The notes: generated by a model from the letters alone, not told the origin. Positions 1 to 10,281 are shown, counted from the stretch's first letter. The stretch is 64,000 bases of DNA from Pseudomonadota bacterium (GCA_027320085.1 DAHVLZ010000005.1:1-64000); one strand, 5' to 3'. A program made the numbers and translations.

Positions 1-1116
1 GCCCCGGACCGGTGACTGGACGAGCGCATCGGTGGTCGCACAGTTCGTCCCGTTGCCGAGCGCCGGAACCGATGAGGTGATCTGGGAACCCACACTGCCC
101 GAAGCACGGCTGTTGCCCGCAATCAACGCCCCCGGACCCACCGCGACGGCCATGGGGTTTGTGCCAACGGTCACCGTCGCCACCACCGTGTTGTTCGCGG
201 TATCGAGCACCGAAACGGTAGTGCCACCTTCGTTTGCGATATAGACCCGGCTGCCATCCGGACTCACCGCAACGCCATAAGGGCTATACCCATCGCCCAC
301 ATTCACCACCACGGTGTCATTCGCGGTGTCGATCACCGAAACGTTACCGCTGGTAGTGTTTGCGACATAGGCCCGGCTGCCATCCGGACCCACCGCGACG
401 CCATAGGGGTTTGTGACAACGGGCACCGTCCCCACCACCGTGTCGGTGGCCGCATCGATTACCGAAACGGTGCCGCTGCCATTGTTTGCGACATAGACCC
501 GGCTGCCGTCCGGACTCACCGCGACGCCAAAGGGGCCTGCACCCACTTTCACCGTCGCCACCACCGTGTCATTCGCGGTGTCGATCACCGAAACGGTGCT
601 GCCACTGCCAGCGCCAAAGTTTGTGACATAGGCCCGGCTGCCGTCGGGACTCACCGCGACGCCAGCGGGGCCAGAGCCAACGGTCACCGTCGAGACCACC
701 GTGTCATTCGCGGTGTCAATCACCGAAACGGTGCCGCTGCCATTGTTTGCGACATAGGCCCGGCTGCCGTCGGGACTCAGCGTGACGCCAGCGGGGCCTG
801 TGCCGACGGGCACCGTCGCGACCACCGTGTCATTCGCGGTGTCGATCACCGAAACGGTGCTGCCACTGCCATTGTTAAAGTTGGTGACATAGGCCCGGCT
901 GCCGTCCGGACTCACCGCGACGCCATAGGGGCCTGTGCCAACCGTCATCGTCGCGACCACCGTGTTGTTCGCGGTGTCGATCACCGAAACGCTGTTGCTG
1001 CCATTGTTTACGACATAGGCGGATGGGGCGGCCCCGGCCGTGCTGGCCATCAGGCCCGACAGCAACACCACCACGGGCAAAAGCCCCCGATACAGAGAAA
1101 ATAGACGAGATTTCAT
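1..1116 (-). CDS. Secreted YVTN-type 7-bladed beta-propeller repeat protein (3' end runs off the window)
   Basis: Not in the ORF track. Read by hand from ATG 1116 (RBS GGGAGGGG): signal peptide MKSRLFSLYRGLLPVVVLLSGLMASTAGA, then seven AYVxNxGSxxVSVIDTAxxTVVATxxVGxGPxGVAVSPDGSR repeats; frame open to base 1. Confidence 0.93.
   Translation of the reverse strand, partial: MKSRLFSLYRGLLPVVVLLSGLMASTAGAAPSAYVVNNGSNSVSVIDTANNTVVATMTVGTGPYGVAVSPDGSRAYVTNFNNGSGSTVSVIDTANDTVVATVPVGTGPAGVTLSPDGSRAYVANNGSGTVSVIDTANDTVVSTVTVGSGPAGVAVSPDGSRAYVTNFGAGSGSTVSVIDTANDTVVATVKVGAGPFGVAVSPDGSRVYVANNGSGTVSVIDAATDTVVGTVPVVTNPYGVAVGPDGSRAYVANTTSGNVSVIDTANDTVVVNVGDGYSPYGVAVSPDGSRVYIANEGGTTVSVLDTANNTVVATVTVGTNPMAVAVGPGALIAGNSRASGSVGSQITSSVPALGNGTNCATTDALVQSPVRG
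130..1020. repeat. Seven tandem intragenic repeats of about 126-135 bp encoding the YVTN blades
   Basis: Recurring blocks such as CCACCGTGTCATTCGCGGTGTCGATCACCGAAACG and GACATAGGCCCGGCTGCCGTCCGGACTCACCGCGACGCC. Confidence 0.9.
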
Positions 1117-1543
1117 ACGCTTCCCCTCCCTTGATCTACTGGCTTGCAAGAGCCGACTTCTTTTCCAACTTCTCTCATACCCCTTTGTGGTCAGGGTGTC
1201 AAATGGCAATTGTCAATGCAATTCACGGATGTCACCTTTTGTGCAAAGCTGAAATGTCCCTTGGGGGAGGAGGATCAGGGGCTGTTTTGCGGCATGAGGC
1301 GAGAATGAGCGCGATGGGAGTCTGGCCCCATGCCCGCTCGCCGGGGCAACTCGAGTGCTTTATTGACTGGCCCGCGGCCGACTTGAACCCGTCGGTGTCT
1401 TCCTCCCCCGACCCGGCGAGGGCCGCACTCTCGGTCTGCCCGGAGACTGGAGGCCGTGTCACGGAAATACGGAGGGTGGCGTTTCCTGCAACGGGTGAGG
1501 GTGACGGTTTGGGGCCAAGCTCACTGGGGTCGCCCGTCTCTTC

Positions 1544-2176
1544 TCACCCCCCAACCGTGCAGGCCGCAACCAGATCCCGCGTCGCGGCCAGGGGATCGGG
1601 TGCATCCCAGACCGCGGAAATGACCGCCGCCCAGTCCGCCCCGGCGGTCATGACGGAGCGGGCATTATCCGGCCGGATGCCGCCGATGGCGCAGACCGGC
1701 CGCTCGAGCGTCCGGCGGGCTTCCCGGATGAGGTCCAGGCTCGCGCGGGGGGCGTGGGGCTTGGTCACGGACGGGAAGAGGCTCCCCAGGGCCACGTAAT
1801 CGGCCCCTTCGCGGATGGCTTCCCGGGCGCGATTGAGATCGGCGTATGCGGAGGCCCCGATCCAGGCGTCCGGCCCGAGCAGTGCGCGGGCTTCGCGGAT
1901 CGCGCCATCATGCGCTCCGAGATGGACACCATCGGCGCCGAGGTCGCGGGCCCAGACGGGATCGTCATTGACGAGGAGGGGCACACCCCGGGCCCGGCAG
2001 AGTGCGAGCAGACGGCGGGCAAAAGTTGTGGAACGAGCCGGGATCCGCTCCTTGTCCCGCAGTTGCACAACGCGCACGCCCGCGTCCAGCAAGCGCTCGA
2101 GGAGGTCGTCCTGGCCGTGGCGGTCATGCCCGGCCGGATCGACAATCAGGTACACCCCGCGCGGCGGCGCATTCAT
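1544..2176 (-). CDS. thiE: Thiamine-phosphate synthase
   Basis: MNAPPRGVYLIVD, VQLRDK, LLVNDD, GADGVHLG, DYVALGSLFPSVTK, AIGGI; start overlaps the thiD stop. Confidence 0.93.
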   Translation of the reverse strand: MNAPPRGVYLIVDPAGHDRHGQDDLLERLLDAGVRVVQLRDKERIPARSTTFARRLLALCRARGVPLLVNDDPVWARDLGADGVHLGAHDGAIREARALLGPDAWIGASAYADLNRAREAIREGADYVALGSLFPSVTKPHAPRASLDLIREARRTLERPVCAIGGIRPDNARSVMTAGADWAAVISAVWDAPDPLAATRDLVAACTVGG

Positions 2177-2970
2177 CGGGGTGGGGAAAGCCGGAACGGG
2201 ATCCGTCCGCCCCGTCCGAGAGCCGGGGCGTGGAGGAGGGTGCCGTGGGTCCAGTGCAGGGCCGTCCGGATGGCCCGCTCGAGGGGAAAGTCGCGCGCCA
2301 GAAGGCTCGTGATGGCGGCGGCGAGCGTGCAGCCCGAGCCGTGGAAGGCACCCGGGAGCCGCACGTCGTGCCAGATCTTGGGGGGGTGCGAATCGAGGTG
2401 GAGCGAGACTGTGACCTCCGGTGAGCCGGGCGCCTGGTCCGCCCCGGTGACGAGGACGGCATGGACGCCCTGGTCCAGGAGCGATCGTGCCGCCGCATCG
2501 GGTGTCGCGGCACCGGGTGCGAGCTGCGCGAGTTCCGCCTGGTTCGGGGTGAGCAGCGTGATGTGCCTCAGCAAATCGTGGCGGATGGCCTCGACCCATT
2601 CCGGGATCCGCCCGAATTCGAATCCCCCGCTGGCACGCAGGACGGGATCGAAAACCACGGGAAGCTCCGGATGCCCGGCGAGGAGGCGGGCCAGGGTTTT
2701 GACCAGCGCGGGGGATCCGATGAGCCCGATCTTGAGGCAGGCGGGAGGGCAGTCAGCCAGGATCCGGGTGAAGGCGGTCTCGAGGAAGCCGGGATCCACG
2801 GGCCGCATCTCGAAAACGTTTTCCGTATCCTGGTCCGTCAGTGCGGAAACCAGGGTCAGCGGGTGGACCCCGAGCTGGGTTGCGGTCTGGATGTCGGCCA
2901 CGAGCCCGGCGCCGCCCGAAGGGTCGTGACCACCGATGAAGAGGGCGACGGGTGGGACAGCGGCAGGCAT
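2173..2970 (-). CDS. thiD: Hydroxymethylpyrimidine/phosphomethylpyrimidine kinase
   Basis: GGHDPSGGAGLVADI, KIGLIG, VFDPVL, LTPNQAE, FHGSGCTLAAAI. Confidence 0.92.
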   Translation of the reverse strand: MPAAVPPVALFIGGHDPSGGAGLVADIQTATQLGVHPLTLVSALTDQDTENVFEMRPVDPGFLETAFTRILADCPPACLKIGLIGSPALVKTLARLLAGHPELPVVFDPVLRASGGFEFGRIPEWVEAIRHDLLRHITLLTPNQAELAQLAPGAATPDAAARSLLDQGVHAVLVTGADQAPGSPEVTVSLHLDSHPPKIWHDVRLPGAFHGSGCTLAAAITSLLARDFPLERAIRTALHWTHGTLLHAPALGRGGRIPFRLSPPR

Positions 2971-3090
2971 GCGGCGGAGATCCGGAATGCGACCCGGCAG
3001 GCTGTCTCCTGGACAGACTGTCTTTTGGCAGGCGAATATGGAATACTAATTGAGATCTTTTGAAAGTGCAAATTTCTCGAACAGGCGGGC

Positions 3091-3255
3091 ATGAAAACGT
3101 ATATGTGCGTGATTTGCGGGTTCATCTATGAGGAAGAAAAAGGCCATCCCGGATCCGGGATTGAACCGGGAACCCCCTGGGGGAATGTTCCCGAGACCTG
3201 GGCCTGCCCGGACTGCGGTGCCTGCAAGGAAGATTTCGAGATGATCGAAATTTAA
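3091..3255 (+). CDS. Rubredoxin (54 aa)
   Basis: Hand translation [54 protein letters not shown] with two CxxCG motifs. Confidence 0.95.
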   Translation: MKTYMCVICGFIYEEEKGHPGSGIEPGTPWGNVPETWACPDCGACKEDFEMIEI

Positions 3256-3351
3256 CGTGGATCCCGACCCCGACCCCCACTCGAAGTCCCGTTTCCGGGT
3301 TTTGACCCCCGGGCGCTTTCCCGGGGCGACCCGCCGCGCAGGAAGACCGGG

Positions 3352-4695
3352 GTGATTACGCTTCTCATCCTCGCCCTCCTGATCCTCCTGAACGGGTGGT
3401 TCTCACTCGCCGAGATGGCGATCGTGGCCTCGCGGCGGCATCGGCTGGAACGGATCGGCCGCGGGGACCGGCGGGCCCGTCCCGCCATCGCGCTCGTCAC
3501 CGAACCCGGGCGGTTTTTCCCGGCCATCCAGATCGGGATCACCGCCATCACCATCCTGGTGGGTGCCTTCGGGGAAAGCGGACTGGCCAACCGGGTGACG
3601 GGGCTCCTGCTCAGGCTTTCCTGGGTGGCCCCCGTGGCCCACAGTCTCGGCCTTGCGCTCCTCATCACCGGAATCACCCTCCTGTCGATTCTTTTCGGCG
3701 AACTCATCCCGAAGCGCCTGGCCCTCCTCAACCCGGAACGGGCCGCGCTCTGGGTGGCCCGGCCGCTTCATCTTCTGGCACGGCTCGTCTCCCCGGTGGC
3801 CAGTGCCCTGAACCGCGTGAGCAACCTCGTCCTCTACTGGACCCTGCCCAAGGGGCGGGTCGCGGATCCCGGGGTCAGCCCGGAGGAACTCCGTTCCCTC
3901 CTCGAGCAGGGCAGTCTCGCAGGCGTGTTCGCACCCTTCGAGCCGGCGCTCGTGGCCAGTGTCCTCCGGCTCGACGACGAGGACCTGACCCCGATCATGA
4001 CCCCGCGCGTCGACATTGCGGCGATCGACCTCAACGTGCCCTTCGAGCTCTCGCGCGAGACCCTGATGGAGTCCCGCCACAACTCCTTTCCCGTCTGCCG
4101 GGACGGCCTCGGGCACATCCTGGGCATCCTCGACCGGCGCGATTTCGTGCGACGGGGGCTCCCGGTCGAGGCGGCCTCCATCCCCCGCCTGTTGCGGCCG
4201 GCACTCTACCTCCCGAGCACGGCCTCGCCCCTGAACCTCTGGGAACTGCTCGAACGCGAGCAGCAGCATGTGGCGCTCATCGTGGACGAGTACGGGGACA
4301 TCGAAGGACTCGTCACCCGCTACGACCTGCTCAAGGCCATCGTCGGGCTCCTGCCCTCCCATGCCGCGCGCATCGGGGAGGCCGTCGAGGAATCCCCCGG
4401 CGTCTGGGTGCTGGGCGGACAGCTGGCGCTCGAGCGGGTCGCCGAACTGCTCAAGACGCCGGGCTTTGCCCCCCGGCCGAACAGTGACTACCGCACCCTG
4501 GCCGGTTTTCTGTTGCAGACGTTCGGACGGATCCCGGAGGCCGGAGACAGCTGTCGGGTGATGGGCTTCCACTTCGAGATCCTAGCCATGCAGAAACACC
4601 GGATCGTCCGGGTCCGGGTCCGGCAGGAGGCGGCGGACGCGGCCGAGCCCCCGCCGGACAGGCCACCGAACCGGGAAGGGGAAGAGACCGGCTAG
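3352..4695 (+). CDS. Hemolysin-family/CNNM (DUF21-CBS-CorC_HlyC) membrane protein
   Basis: NGWFSLAEMAIV, IQIGIT, FGELIPKRLAL, IMTPRVDI, IVDEYGDIEGLVT, YRTLAGF. Confidence 0.9.
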   Translation: MITLLILALLILLNGWFSLAEMAIVASRRHRLERIGRGDRRARPAIALVTEPGRFFPAIQIGITAITILVGAFGESGLANRVTGLLLRLSWVAPVAHSLGLALLITGITLLSILFGELIPKRLALLNPERAALWVARPLHLLARLVSPVASALNRVSNLVLYWTLPKGRVADPGVSPEELRSLLEQGSLAGVFAPFEPALVASVLRLDDEDLTPIMTPRVDIAAIDLNVPFELSRETLMESRHNSFPVCRDGLGHILGILDRRDFVRRGLPVEAASIPRLLRPALYLPSTASPLNLWELLEREQQHVALIVDEYGDIEGLVTRYDLLKAIVGLLPSHAARIGEAVEESPGVWVLGGQLALERVAELLKTPGFAPRPNSDYRTLAGFLLQTFGRIPEAGDSCRVMGFHFEILAMQKHRIVRVRVRQEAADAAEPPPDRPPNREGEETG

Positions 4696-4781
4696 GGGGA
4701 GGTCCCGCCCGCAGGGCACCCACGGGAGAGGATCGCTCCCGACCCCAAGTCGCGCTAAGATAGGGCGCTTATCCCGAGGTC

Positions 4782-5684
4782 GTGACCATGATCCACCCCG
4801 TTCCCTCCAAGCGTTCCCAGATGACGGCCTTCTGGCTGTCGGTGATTACCCTGGTCCTGGCCCTCCTGGCCGCCGCCCTCACCATCCTGCCGGGACCGCT
4901 CTACCGAGCCCATTGGCTGTCTCTCGGAGCGGCGTTCCAGTCCATCCGTGATGGAGCCTACCTGGGAGTCCTGACACTCGTTTTCGGCATCATCTCGGTC
5001 ATTGCCTCGGTCTATGCCCATCGCACCAAGCTCCTTCTGGCCAACGTGGTTCTGGCCATCGCCGGGATTTTTTGCTTCGCTGTGCCCTTTTTCTGGTTGC
5101 TCAAGGCCGAATCCGTCCCGCCCATCCATGACATCACGACCGATCCCTTGCACCCGCCGGCCTTCACCGCGCTCCTGCCGCGCCTCCAGCACGTGCCGAA
5201 CAGCCCGATTTATGGCGACGGCAACCCCCAGGCCCGGCGGATCGAACGGGAAGCCGTGGTGGCTTTTGCCACCCGGGGACACGGACGGATAAACCCGCAC
5301 GCGGCCCAGGTGGTCCAGAGCTGTGTGCACTGGAATGCCCGTTGCCTGTTTACGGTCCAGGAAGTCTACTACCCGATGGTCCGTCCCCTCATCCTGAACG
5401 GCGTGAGCCGGTCGAAGGCCTATGCCAAGGCCCTCGCCCTGGTCCGGAAACGGGGTTGGCAGGTGGCCTTTGCCAGTCCCGGAACCGGACGGATCGAGGC
5501 GGTCGCCCGCACGGCCTGGTTCGGTTTCAAGGACGATGTCGCGATCCGGATCGAGAAGGTGCCCGGCGGGGTGCGGGTCGACATGCGTTCGGAATCACGC
5601 ATCGGCCTGTCGGACATCGGGCACAATGCCTCCCGCGTGGAACACTATATGCGGCAGCTCAAGACCCGGCTGCATCACGGCTGA
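4782..5684 (+). CDS. DUF1499 domain membrane protein
   Basis: N-terminal TM helices, PPIHDITTD, IEAVARTAWFGFKDDVAIRI, VDMRSESRIGLSDIGHNASRV. Confidence 0.85.
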   Translation: MTMIHPVPSKRSQMTAFWLSVITLVLALLAAALTILPGPLYRAHWLSLGAAFQSIRDGAYLGVLTLVFGIISVIASVYAHRTKLLLANVVLAIAGIFCFAVPFFWLLKAESVPPIHDITTDPLHPPAFTALLPRLQHVPNSPIYGDGNPQARRIEREAVVAFATRGHGRINPHAAQVVQSCVHWNARCLFTVQEVYYPMVRPLILNGVSRSKAYAKALALVRKRGWQVAFASPGTGRIEAVARTAWFGFKDDVAIRIEKVPGGVRVDMRSESRIGLSDIGHNASRVEHYMRQLKTRLHHG

Positions 5685-5733
5685 TGCCGGATCGGTCCGC
5701 CCGCCCACGGGGCGGGAGCGGGACATCCCGTCC

Positions 5734-6447
5734 ATGAACCGGCGTCTCGCCACCCGTGTGGGGGTGGTTGTCGCACTGGTCCTTTTGATTTTGGGTGCGT
5801 GGCGAGTGGGTCTTCTGGAAAGGCTGGATGCCCTCCACCCCGCCCGGTTCCTTTCCGGACTTCACGCGGCCGTCCGCCAGCACACCATCCGTTCCGCCTT
5901 TTTCCTGGGCGGGCTCTACGCGCTGGTCACGGTCCTGAGCCTCCCGGTCGCGGTGTACCTGTCGATCCTGAGCGGCTTTCTCTTTGGCCCCTGGCTCGGG
6001 ACCGTGATCGTCGTCTGTTCGGCCACGGTCGGGGCCTTTGTGCTCTTCGCCTTTGCGCGCTGGCTCCTGGGTCGCTGGGTGCGGGGACGGCTGGAGGGCA
6101 GACCCCAGGCGGCAGTTCTGGCCCGCGGGTTCGAGGGTCATGCCTTCCACTATCTCCTCCTGTTGCGCCTGATTCCCCTCTTCCCGTTCTGGCTGGTCAA
6201 CTTGGTGCCGGCCGTGACCACGATCCGGAGCCGGGATTACCTCGTCGCCACCTTTCTGGGGATCATCCCGGGCAGTTTCGTGTTCGCGAACTTCGGTGCG
6301 CACCTCAGGCACTTCCGGCTGGGTGATCCGTGGACCGCGGGGAACATGACCGCACTCGGCCTGGTGGTCCTGGTCACACTTCTGCCCCTGGCCCACCGGA
6401 CCTGGAAGGCCCGCTCCGCATCCCGCAAGGGACCGGCTGCCGGATGA
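5734..6447 (+). CDS. TVP38/TMEM64 (DedA/SNARE-associated) family membrane protein
   Basis: SGFLFGPWLG, ATVGAFVLF, LRLIPLFPFWLVN, TFLGIIPG. Confidence 0.88.
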   Translation: MNRRLATRVGVVVALVLLILGAWRVGLLERLDALHPARFLSGLHAAVRQHTIRSAFFLGGLYALVTVLSLPVAVYLSILSGFLFGPWLGTVIVVCSATVGAFVLFAFARWLLGRWVRGRLEGRPQAAVLARGFEGHAFHYLLLLRLIPLFPFWLVNLVPAVTTIRSRDYLVATFLGIIPGSFVFANFGAHLRHFRLGDPWTAGNMTALGLVVLVTLLPLAHRTWKARSASRKGPAAG

Positions 6448-6830
6448 GCCCCCCCGTCCTCTCCGCGAACACGATTCGAGTTCCTGATCTGCCTCATGAG
6501 GATTTTCCAATTCCAGGCGTTGCGACTACGCACTGTGGCTTGCCGTGTCGCCAAAAGTGAGACCCGATGTACACCATCTGCCGTGGGGCTCTGTATCACT
6601 TTTTCCGCAAGCGACCGGACTGTTTTCGTGGGTCGGAGATTATCCTGTCCTTTTGTTCAAGCCCGTGAGCAGGAATCCCTACCTCGCTGAACTATTTTGG
6701 TGTTCCGAACCTCTCTGCGCGGATACGGCCTGCATGATGTTCCGGGCACAACCCAAACGCTTCATTCCGTTCAGAAAACGTCAAAAACCCTCCGGACGCC
6801 TCATTGGGCTAGCAGGTATTCACGAATCAA

Positions 6831-6864
6831 TTGCGTAAAGCATCATAAAATGATACTTTGCGCA
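6831..6864 (+). promoter_or_regulatory. AbiE promoter with inverted-repeat operator; probably leaderless
   Basis: TGCGTAAAGCATCAT-AAA-ATGATACTTTGCGCA (13/15 arms) over -35 TTGCGT, 17 bp, extended -10 TGaTACTTT ending 6 bp before the ATG. Confidence 0.7.
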
Positions 6865-6865
6865 C

Positions 6866-7669
6866 ATGAGTACGGATCCTCCTCCCCTGCGCGCTAGGGG
6901 CTACATAGAGGCCCTCGCCTCCCGCGGACGCTATCAGTTCAGCTCTGAAGAGGCCCGCAAGGCACTTGGGGCTTCGGGAGCTGCGGTCAAGCTGGCGCTG
7001 AACCGGCTCGCCCGGCGGGGCCTGATCGCCAGCCCGGCCCGCGGCTTCTATGTCATCGTTCCACCGGAATACCGTCGTCTCGGCTGTCTCCCGGCCGACC
7101 AGTTCATTCCGTCCCTGATGCAGCGGCAGGGCCTTGCCTACTATGCCGGGCTGCTTTCAGCAGCCCAATTTCATGGCGCCGCCCATCATCGGCCACAGCA
7201 ATTCCAGGTGATGCTCGCCAAGGCGCGCCGCCCCATTCACTGCGGGCAGATGCGCGTCACCTTCCATGTCCGCAAGCGCCTCAAGGACGTGCCGGTGCAG
7301 ACCTTCAACACGCCGCGCGGCACGGTCCTCGTCTCCACGCCCGAAGCGACGGCTCTCGACTTGGTTGGCTATCATGAACAGGCGGGTGGACTCACTGTGG
7401 TTGCGACCGTGCTTGCGGAGCTTGCCGAAAAGATCGATCCGGCAAAACTGGCGGCGGCGGCGCAGACGGCGCCGCTGCCGTGGGCACAAAGGCTCGGCTA
7501 CCTCCTGCAAAAGATCGGCGCCGCAGACAAAGCCGCCGCATTGAAAGATTACGTCAGGCGGCATGCACGGCAGAGCGCCGCGCTGCTGCCGGGAGCGCCT
7601 GCCAAAGATGCGCCGCGCGATGAGGCGTGGAAGGTGATCGTCAATGCCGATGTGGAGGCGGAACTGTGA
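6866..7669 (+). CDS. abiEi: Type IV TA AbiEi-family antitoxin
   Basis: N-terminal wHTH-like region, YYAGLLSAAQFHGAAH, VSTPEATALDL; stop overlaps the toxin start (GTGA). Confidence 0.88.
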   Translation: MSTDPPPLRARGYIEALASRGRYQFSSEEARKALGASGAAVKLALNRLARRGLIASPARGFYVIVPPEYRRLGCLPADQFIPSLMQRQGLAYYAGLLSAAQFHGAAHHRPQQFQVMLAKARRPIHCGQMRVTFHVRKRLKDVPVQTFNTPRGTVLVSTPEATALDLVGYHEQAGGLTVVATVLAELAEKIDPAKLAAAAQTAPLPWAQRLGYLLQKIGAADKAAALKDYVRRHARQSAALLPGAPAKDAPRDEAWKVIVNADVEAEL

Positions 7670-8485
7670 TTCCGCGCGACTACATCACGGAGTGGCGGGC
7701 GCAGGCGCCATGGGTGCAGGACTTGCAGGTCGAGCAGGACCTCGTCATCAGCCGGGTGCTCGTCGCGATCTTCACCCATCCGCTGCTTGGGCGCTCGCTC
7801 GCCTTCCGCGGCGGGACGGCACTTTACAAGCTGCACCTGACGCCGCCGGCGCGGTACTCCGAGGATATCGACCTCGTACAGGTCAGCGCCAAACCCGCGG
7901 GTCCGATCATGGACGCGCTCCATGAAGCGCTCGATGGCTGGCTTGGCAAGCCGCGGTACAAGCAAAGCGAAGGCCGGGTGACGTTTTTCTATCGCTTTGA
8001 CTCGGAAGACATGCCGCCGATCCCGCTCAGGCTCAAGGTCGAAATCAATTCGCGGGAGCATTTTGCGGTTTACGGCTACGCGCGCCTCCCGTTCGCCGTG
8101 TCCTCGCGCTGGTTTGAAGGCGGCTGCGAGATCGCGACCTATTCGCTTAATGAACTGCTCGGCACGAAGCTGCGCCCTTTATCAGCGCAAGAAAGGCCGC
8201 GACCTTTTCGATCTTTCCACCGCGCTCAAAGAACCGTCCGCCGATCCTGATCGCGTGATCGATGCGTTTTCCCGATACATGGCGCATGGCGGCCACCCGG
8301 TGTCGCGCGCCGAGTTCGAACAGAATTTCGATGCCAAACTGCGCGACCGACAATTCACCGCTGATATCGGCGCACTACTTGCTACGGGTTACGCTTGGGA
8401 CATTGACGATGCCGCCGGAATTGTATCCTCGCGCCTGATCGCGCACCTGACGGGCGGGCCGTGGAAGGGCAGAGGAAAAAAATGA
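7666..8485 (+). pseudogene. abiEii: AbiEii nucleotidyltransferase toxin, frameshifted
   Basis: QVEQDLVISR, AFRGGTALYK, RYSEDIDL, KVEIN; GTKLR|ALYQRKKGRDLFDL is split at 8172-8177 (CTGCGCCCTTTAT, 2 nt short of CTGCGCGCCCTTTAT). Confidence 0.85.
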
Positions 8486-8599
8486 CGCGGTGGAAGGATT
8501 GGCCCGTACATCGCCGGCCGCGCCGACGTTGAATTGCTCATGGACGAAATCCGCCGCCTTGATCGTGGACAGGGGGATGCCCTGCGGCGGGGGCACGGT

Positions 8600-8716
8600 G
8601 GCTCTCTCCTCCTCGGCTTTGGATTCTGCGGTCTCCGCCTTCGGCTGCAAGCCGTGTAGGAAGGCGGCGGCGCGCTCGGCGGCCGTAAAGATCGCCCGCT
8701 TGTCATTCCGAAGGAC
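8600..8716 (-). pseudogene. C-terminal remnant of ArdC-like antirestriction protein
   Basis: Minus strand reads VLRNDKRAIFTAAERAAAFLHGLQP, resembling the ArdC C-terminus (LKxDKRAIFxAAxxAxxAADFL). Confidence 0.6.
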
Positions 8717-8866
8717 CCGGCTCCGGAACTTTCAATATAGCTGGTGTGATCGCGACCGAGAGAGGCATCCTGATTTCGCCCTGATCACGCCCCCGCCGTC
8801 CTGCGCGTTAACTCACGGGGGCGCTATGGGAATCGAGGCGAGCCCAGCAATGGCGAATGGACAATT

Positions 8867-9940
8867 TTGTGGTACAACAAACTCGGGCACTTTGGGGGGG
8901 CAGGGATCTTGTCGAAAATACGTCCGACCCGAGTCATCGTCCTGCTGGTCCTCCTGGTAGCAGGAGTGGGGGTGATCCTCCTCGTCCGGACGCACCGGAC
9001 GAAGCGTTCGGCATCCCCAGTCCGGTCTGCCACGCACCCCGCTCCCTCCAGCAGGGCTCGGCCCTATACACCTTCTGGTTTTGCCCAAAGGCGTGTTTCT
9101 GCCGGTTTCCATGACTACGATCCGCTGCGTGACCCACCACCGCCACGACCGTCCAGGATCGAGGATCTCAAGCTCTGGGGCCCAATGCTCAGCGGTATTC
9201 CCCAACCGGATCTCACGGGTCCCTCCCTGGCCCGTCTCGTTCAAACCGAAGCGGCTCTCGCCAACCAGGGCAATACGCAGGCCGCGGCAATGCTGTTCAA
9301 GGGATTTGACTATTGTCTCCACAATAACCCCGATCTTCCTGCGGATCCACAAGCGCTGCAACAGAAAATGGCCCAGATGAAGGCTACGCACGAGGATATG
9401 CACGGCTTGCCGACTTCACGTCTGGCTGCGGCGATTACCCGCTTCAAGGAAAGCGAACATTTTTGTGCCGGAGAAACAGTAACGAACAACCCCCAGCAAG
9501 GCAAGATCGAAATAGCCACGACTGAACACTGGGCCCGGATTGCGGCCTGGAGCCTCAATCCCCGGACCCTGTGGGAGGTCTTAAGTTTCGGGGTTGCCCC
9601 CTTTTTGGGGAAGAAGAAGCCTACGCAGGCTGAACTGAACCGGTTGGAACGAACGCTCACCGACTGGGCCGCCCGTGCGGGTGTCGTGAGTGCTTTGGTA
9701 ATGGGGAGCAGCATGTATAGTGGTGGCTGGTATGGCGTTCAAAAGAATCCGACGCGAGCCTTTGCCGACATGTACACGGCCTACCTGCTCACCCGGTCGC
9801 CCGTTATGGCTTACAAGATTTGGAAGATGAGCCAAGGGCCGTTCACCGTGATCACCGTGAACGAGATCCAGGAGGGTGAGGCCATGGCCCGCCGCAACTA
9901 CCAGGAGATCCGGGAAAGGCAATCCTCCATTTCTCATTGA
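8867..9940 (+). CDS. Hypothetical exported/membrane-anchored helical protein with a Sel1-like segment (start uncertain)
   Basis: 357 aa ORF with TM segment VIVLLVLLVAGVGVILLV, Pro-rich linker, LANQGNTQAAAML, and MYSGGWYGVQKNPTRAFADMYTA. Confidence 0.65.
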   Translation: MWYNKLGHFGGAGILSKIRPTRVIVLLVLLVAGVGVILLVRTHRTKRSASPVRSATHPAPSSRARPYTPSGFAQRRVSAGFHDYDPLRDPPPPRPSRIEDLKLWGPMLSGIPQPDLTGPSLARLVQTEAALANQGNTQAAAMLFKGFDYCLHNNPDLPADPQALQQKMAQMKATHEDMHGLPTSRLAAAITRFKESEHFCAGETVTNNPQQGKIEIATTEHWARIAAWSLNPRTLWEVLSFGVAPFLGKKKPTQAELNRLERTLTDWAARAGVVSALVMGSSMYSGGWYGVQKNPTRAFADMYTAYLLTRSPVMAYKIWKMSQGPFTVITVNEIQEGEAMARRNYQEIRERQSSISH

Positions 9941-9953
9941 CACGTAAGGAGTT

Positions 9954-10110
9954 TTGACGATCCCGGAGATCGCGCATCGCGTCGGGCGCGACATCAAGGC
10001 CGTCCACTCGGATGTCAAGGCCCTGCAGATGGCAGGCGTGCTCGAGAAGAGCACGGAAGGTCGTGCGATCTTTCCCTACGATGAAGTGCAGGTCATTTTC
10101 ACCTGGCATG
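9954..10110 (+). pseudogene. 3' remnant of an HVO_A0114-like HTH antitoxin
   Basis: TIPEIAHRVGRDIKAVHSDVKALQMAGVLEKSTEGRAIFPYDEV aligns by eye to the C-terminal half of 47809..48180. Confidence 0.7.
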
Positions 10111-10281
10111 GGCAGCCTCGCGCGAAACGGTGCGCGCGGTTGACCTCCTCCCGCGCATGCTCACGCAGTTCATCCTGTGCGGCAAAGCGTTCAAGGCGGT
10201 GATGCGGCGGGAGCACGCACGAGAGAGACGCCACTTGATCAGACATGACAGCGAGACCTTTCACGGTGAATGATCGGTCAG

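Noticed and set aside
130-1020. Regularly spaced repeats suggesting a CRISPR array
   Set aside because: The repeats are in-frame codons of YVTN blades, the intervening parts are homologous to each other, and there are no cas genes.
2971-3090. TPP riboswitch upstream of thiD-thiE
   Set aside because: I could not see the CTGAGA and CCTGA...AGCGTAGG core on the minus strand of this short divergent spacer.
8175-8181. Slippery heptamer C-CCT-TTA at the AbiEii break, suggesting programmed -1 frameshifting
   Set aside because: Restoring ALYQRKKGRD needs a +1 shift; a -1 slip enters the wrong frame.
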